A stretch of DNA of 64,000 nt from Adineta vaga (Eukaryota; Animalia; Rotifera): positions 8,556,001-8,620,000 of the forward strand of contig CP075493.1 in assembly GCA_021613535.1 (NCBI GenBank). Direction: 5' to 3'. Each line of letters opens with the position of its first letter. Positions within the stretch are counted from its first letter, which is position 1. A program made the translations under genes and the position numbers. Positions 58,057 to 64,000 of the stretch are shown here, in pieces. The notes beneath the pieces are model-generated. The model saw only the letters and a program-made list of their open reading frames with translations, was not told the DNA's origin and made no database searches.

Positions 58057-60941
58057 ATGATAATCATAATCGGATTGATCTATTTGTTTCTGTTTCAAAT
58101 TGATTTCATAGTGTCAAATCAAGGTTTATCAACTATTTTTCCAATTGTTGTTAGAGAAGACGTAATCTCTTTGAATGATGTAACCCAGTCAAGAATAAAA
58201 CAAAGTCGAAATCGTGCTAGTGTACCACAATCTTTAACACTGTTAATGAATTTTAAAGATGATGGAACAACATCATTTCAAATTATGCAAGGTTAGTTCA
58301 ATCAAATTGATTGTCATTATATTCTAGGTTTTTTTCTAAATATTAGGTACACAAATTGTTTATTTGGATAATGGATTTTGTCAATATGGACAACTATTTG
58401 ATCCATCAACAGGTCATTGTCGAGATATATATTGTCAAGAACTTAATTATAAATTCAATGGAACAACTTGTATACCTGATGAACATAAGAATATATCGCA
58501 TGCACGAAAGCCCATGAGTGATATCGATTTATCCTTAACATTAAATATTTTTCCAAGTGATCATTATCAAAGGGGAAATTATTCGAAACGACTCAATGGT
58601 CGAATGCATGAAATCTGTACAAGTAATTGGAAGCAAATGTTTCACGATGCTTTACATAGTAAGTTAATATATTAATATTAAATGTCAGAAATCAAATTGA
58701 TATGGATCTCTATCTTATTTAGTTTATCTTGATATTGATTATGAACGTATTACAAAAATCAAATATCGTTTACAAGACATTACTGAAGAATCCGCAGAGG
58801 AATCATCAATGGATCAAAATATTAAAAGTTCTGCATTAGAAACAGAAACTGATCATTCGTCATATGAAGTAATTAAAGATATTCTTACAAAAAATGAATC
58901 AATCACTGTCGATATCTATTTTACAATTATCGATCAAAGTCATGATTCAAATGATAAATTAACAAGTTTACATATTGTTACTTTACTTTTACTTGCTTCA
59001 GAATTTCATGCTATTATTGATTTATGTCAACATTATTCAATTAAAGTAGAAACCCTATCAATCATATCTGATAAAAATAAAACTCGTGACGAATTCTGTA
59101 GTGATCCAGATGTAATGTATCCAACAAAAAATGGTATTATACGTCGACGTGTACGTCCTGATGGTGAACTTGATTATGTCGTTGATATTCCAGAATTAGA
59201 CACAACCTATGAAAGTGGAGATTATACTTATTTATTTATGATTTCAACAATAAAACAACAACAAACGGTAATATCTTGTTTACAAAACAAAGATCGAGAT
59301 TTACTGTTAACAATTCATATCTTTTATCTATTTAGACAGATATTGTTAATCAATCTACTCCTGCCAATTCAACTTCAGCAATGAAATTAGTATCTGTCTG
59401 TAATCGACAACCTCGTATAGTAGATCGTTGTCCTGATAGTCTCGTGATGCGTTTTGCATTATGTGAAATAACTCAATACAAAAATTTTTCCATTCGAATC
59501 AATCGTACTGGTCGTTTATATACAAATCGTGAATATCGTTATGATGAATATCGACCGGATTTATATATTGTTGTATGTAAACATCAAGCACAAAATGGTA
59601 CAACAACTGGAAAAAAACTTGGTTTTGTTGAGAAAGCTCCAGGAATTCTTTCATCTGTTGCAACATTTCTTTCAATATGTGCATTAGCTATTACTTTATT
59701 TACGTTTATTCTCTTTTCATCATTACGAAATCTACCTGGATGTAATACAATGAATTTAATTGTTGCATTAATGATTGCTCAAACATTATTTTTATGTCAA
59801 AGTTTAGTGATTGTTACGAAGTCAAGTGTTTGTCTAATCTTTGCATTAGGCATACATTTTTTCTATTTAGCAAGTTTCTTTTGGATGAATGTCATGGCTT
59901 TTGATCTATGGAAAACATTTCATAAAGGTTTTTCACTTTATGTTTATGAAATTCATGAACGTTTACCATTTTACGCTTTATATGCATGGGGTATGCCTGT
60001 TATCATTGTGACTATTGGAATTATATTAGATGCAAAAAATGCTCCATTAAAACCATGTTATGGAAGATTCTTTCGTGGATGTTATGATGTATGTTTTCGA
60101 ACGAAAAATGATACACCATTGCAAGGTAATGAGAAGAAATAGTTGATTGAAATTTATTTTCAGTAATATGTTTAGGTTGTTGGATTGAATCGGCTTTGAT
60201 GCGATTAATTCTATTTGGATGTCCAGTAGCTATTATTCTTCTTATTAATTTTATCTTTTATACTTTAACTGTTCGAAGTATTCGTCGAGGATTGAAAACA
60301 GGTTAGAAACAAAATGATTTATTTTGCATAGGATAATCATTTTGTCTTTATATTTAGTTCGTGTTCAAGTTGAACGTAAATTTCAACGTAAAAAACAAGT
60401 TATACCAGGCGAATATGATGTTAAGATTTACATGCGTATGGCAATGTTAGCTGGTTTTGGTTGGACAATTGGTTTCATTCTATTTGTTTTGCCTGATGGT
60501 CCTGAAAATTATAAACGATATCTTGCAGCTGTATTTAAATATCTGTTTATACTTCTTAATGCAACACCGGGTTTATTTATCTTCGTTGTTTATGTATGTA
60601 ATCGTCGTGTTTTGTCTTTATATGGTAAATTATTAAAACGAATTTATCAATTCTTTCGATTAAATTTTACTCGATGTCAAGACTATCTATTGAATCATAG
60701 TCGAAATTGGTTTATTAAAACGAAAGATAAATTAGACGAATTTAGCAATCATGAATATAAATCAAAACAAGACGAATTAGCCATGTCCAATCTATCAATA
60801 ACTTCAAATGACAAATCAGTTCAATTAATCAAGAAAACTGTATTGACACATTTATTAGCCGAACAAAATTCTCTAACACAAGACAACATGAATTCAACTT
60901 ATCAAACAATAAATTCTACAGCATCCGAAAATCAATTCTAA
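58057..60941 (+). CDS. Secretin-class (Methuselah/adhesion-like) 7TM GPCR with a long Cys-rich ectodomain, about 6 exons
   Basis: Signal peptide, CQYGQLFDPSTGHCRDIYC, and 7tm_2 motifs LRNLPG, HFFYLASFFWMNVMAFD, YAWGMP, CWI, GFGW and NATPGLFIF. Confidence 0.85.
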
Positions 60942-61300
60942 TCGACTTTGATATCTTACTCATCAATACACAGACGTGTCTTCTATTTTTTGTCAAATAT
61001 CTATGTATACATACATAAATAAATCGAAAGAAATCCGAAGAGTTCATTTGATATTCAAGCTCATATAACAAACAATCCTGATCTTTTATGCTAGCATTCT
61101 TAGCAAAAAAACATATAAGATGAAACATCGCTATATTATATCTCATGCATGATTTACCACAAGAGCATATGAAATGATACTAATTGTCATCAAATTCGTT
61201 TATTTGCTTTCTTCGTGCGTGACATTAATTTAGTAAATTTTATTCACATTACTGCACATAATTATGTATAAACTTTGAGGGTGATGAAAACGGTCAATTT

Positions 61301-62450
61301 TTAAACTGTATATGGAGTTGATGGATGATTTTTGAAATGAAGTTTTTCTTGTAGATATTTGTATATTGTTTGAAACAATTCAAACAAGGTTTTTCGTAGA
61401 ATATGACAACTGAGAAAGCATGCGTAACCAGTAATCGCATGATTCATCATTTCCAAACCTATGATTTCATAAAATGAAAAACATATACAAAGAGAGAAAT
61501 ATTTTTAAATCTATACCTTGCAGTGTATGTGTTATTACGGATATAATTGTATCATTAATATATTGTGAATTCATATAGATATTCCATAAAATAATAAATG
61601 AACGTGGTACAATAAATATTGAAAATATCGTTAGAAAAAACAGTATCCAAATAGATTCTACTATTTTTCGACTAGCAATTAATGGTAAACGTCTTAATTT
61701 ATAAAAAAGTATCATATTACAAATTAATAATGTTGTTATTGGTAGAACATCATCAATTAGAATGTAACTTAAAATTATGTATAAAATTCCGTTGTAGACA
61801 TTTGGACCATAGTAAAACTTTGAATTAGGTATATTAACTAAGAATAATCGAACAGGATCGATATATGTATATGCATACCGGTTAGGTATAAAATTTGGAT
61901 GTTGACTAATTAATGCACAGATGAGTAGAAGCAGAATTAAGTAGAATATGCGTCGTTGTTTAATACGTTGAGTATTTGTCGTATTTTTTGAATGAACATT
62001 GTAACGATTTGTTATCCAGTATTTAATGGTAATAATTCGTTCAATAGCCAGGAATACTTTCAACCAATTAGTTACATTTTTTGTATAACGATAGAATACA
62101 ATGTATATGGTTGAAGTTATGGTGTTCACTGGAATGATATCTGCTTGGAAAAGATAATACACAGCAACAGAAAATAAACGAACAATATCAAATATAGCAA
62201 TAAAAGTAAGAAATAATCCATAGGGAAAACGACAGAATGATGAACGATAAATAACCAAAAGAAGTGTCGCATTTCCAAGAGTACCAAATAAAATACAAAG
62301 TATACTGATGCTTTGACCAAGATGAAAACCGATAAGAATTGCTGGAGTTGGTTTCAAAATTATATCGGAGGAATAATTTGTGTCAATCATTGTTTGATTC
62401 ACACTATAGATAGTTGTTGATACATTGACAATACTATTATTATAAGCCAT
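61301..62450 (-). CDS. Divergent rhodopsin-like (class A) GPCR, 2 exons
   Basis: Seven hydrophobic segments with GTLGN (TM1), AIFD (TM2), AIER (TM3), LP (TM5) and IVP (TM6). Intron 61459-61516 joins to a TM7 exon GLEMMNHAITGYACFLS... ending at TAA 61301. Confidence 0.8.
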
Positions 62451-63720
62451 TAAATGCAAGATGTACGCGATAGATAGCTACAAATTTTAGAATGAAAAAA
62501 TGTATCTCATTTCTTTATTAATGATAGTTCTTTTTCTCTTCTCACATTAAACTGTGTCACGTTTCTCTCATCTTTAAATTACGATAAAAGAAGGTTTTTT
62601 AATAATTATATTATTATTTCATGATTAAGTTGAAAAGCGTTAGTTTATTATTACACTGTAGAAGAAGAAGAAGAAGAAGAAAAACACCGCATAACATTAG
62701 TATTAGGTCATTCTGTGAAAATTTATTCTTTTTTCGGTGAACGACATTGCAGATAATTAAATGCGATTATATATTTATTCTATAGATGAAAGATTCTTAA
62801 AAATTGTGTTTTCTGGCAGTTATAGAGGCCTCTATGTTGATATCAACGTTCAGTTATACATATATATATATATATTACACATTCGAACTTTCTGCTCTCT
62901 ATTTCTTTTTCTCCTCTATGTTTTCTCTCTCGTTCATTGTTTTTCCTTATTCTCATTTATCATCACTTATTGTAACATGTCTTTGATTTTATTTTCAAAA
63001 AAACTTTTTCCGGAACATGACTTCATATTGGGGTAAAACTCATTATATACGAGAATCTCACAGTGTTGTACAACTTTTAGGATACTGAATAAACTCTTAA
63101 TGTGAAAGTAAAAAATATGAAAGTATATTGCAGTTTTCTTTATATATTCTAACCTCAGGGAAAATAAATACAGTTTGTGTTGATTCCTTTTTATTTTTAC
63201 TCCTAAATAACAATGAGATTTTTCAAGCTTAAAAATATATAAATAAATTTTTTGATGAAAAAAAGCAACGTTTTTTTTAATTATCTTTTCATTAAGATAT
63301 AACAGCATCTAGATGAATTCCGTCAGCTACAGACACATCATCAAACGCCCTTCATATTATCTTCAAGAAGAATTTTAAAACTTCATCATCCTTGAAAAGA
63401 AATGCAAGGTGAGAATAGATCAAAAAGTTCATAATTTGATATTTTAGTAAATCTTCCTTCTATCATTAGTATTTCCTGCAAGAGGAATACTTTTGTGAAA
63501 TTAACATCTGTAAATCCTACTTAATGATGTGCAGTTAGTAGGATGTTTTCATCATTCCGATACACATTGTATACACAATCGCTAGGGCTCAGATAAAATT
63601 TTCAAAGACTTCTTGAGGGCACTTCAAATGGAAGGAATTGAATGCTGTCATTGAAATTTTGCAGACATCAAATTTTCGATATGATTCATATACAGATGAA
63701 AGATTTGTTTGATTATAAAT

Positions 63721-63839
63721 GCTTACGGCCATACCACGTTGAATACACCAGTTCTCGTCCGATCACTGAAGTTAAGCAACGTCGGGCTCGGTTAGTACTT
63801 GGATGGGTGACCGCCTGGGAATACCGAGTGTCGTAAGCT
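63721..63839 (+). rRNA. 5S rRNA
   Basis: Canonical 119-nt eukaryotic 5S sequence (gcttacggccatacc...ccgatcactgaagttaagc...gtacttggatgggtgaccgcctgggaa...tcgtaagct). The ends pair as helix I, and boxes A and C are intact. Confidence 0.98.
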
Positions 63840-63845
63840 TTTTTT
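63839..63845 (+). terminator. RNA polymerase III oligo-T terminator of the 5S gene
   Basis: A T7 run sits immediately at the 5S 3' end. Confidence 0.85.
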
Positions 63846-64000
63846 AACTTCGAAAACACAAAACAAACTACAAAGATATTTATTTTAATTATTCTCATCA
63901 AGTTTTAAGTCAGTAGAAAAATTTTCTGTTGATAATTGTCTAACTACATTCAACTTAATCAAATTTTGTCGTTCAGTATTTGCATCATACTCTTGTTTTT

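Noticed and set aside
63642-63901. Two ORFs overlapping at the right end
   Set aside because: Spurious translations of the 5S rRNA gene.

Overview
This is AT-rich, gene-dense eukaryotic DNA with many GT-AG introns of about 50-60 nt. The metazoan gene set mixed with non-metazoan-type genes points to a bdelloid rotifer (inference, not proven). Spliced genes reconstructed by hand, left to right: a fungal/plant-type P3A plasma-membrane H+-ATPase, a MARK/Par-1 kinase, an intronless FkbM-family methyltransferase, SMG1, an unknown protein with BEN-like repeats, a furin/PCSK5-type convertase, calpain-7, COQ2, an NTF2/SnoaL-like protein, a ZFP36/Tis11 tandem CCCH protein, a Methuselah/adhesion-like GPCR and a rhodopsin-like GPCR. 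There is also a single 5S rRNA gene and a MITE-like inverted repeat. Main points of interest: (i) an intact, 12-intron PMA1-type proton pump among animal genes; (ii) a spliced DYW RNA-editing-type cytidine deaminase domain missed by the ORF track; (iii) candidate regulated splicing events, namely an SxIP microexon in MARK, a GPI-like alternative C-terminus in the convertase and a poison exon in CAPN7. Exon boundaries were read by eye and no database searches were run.
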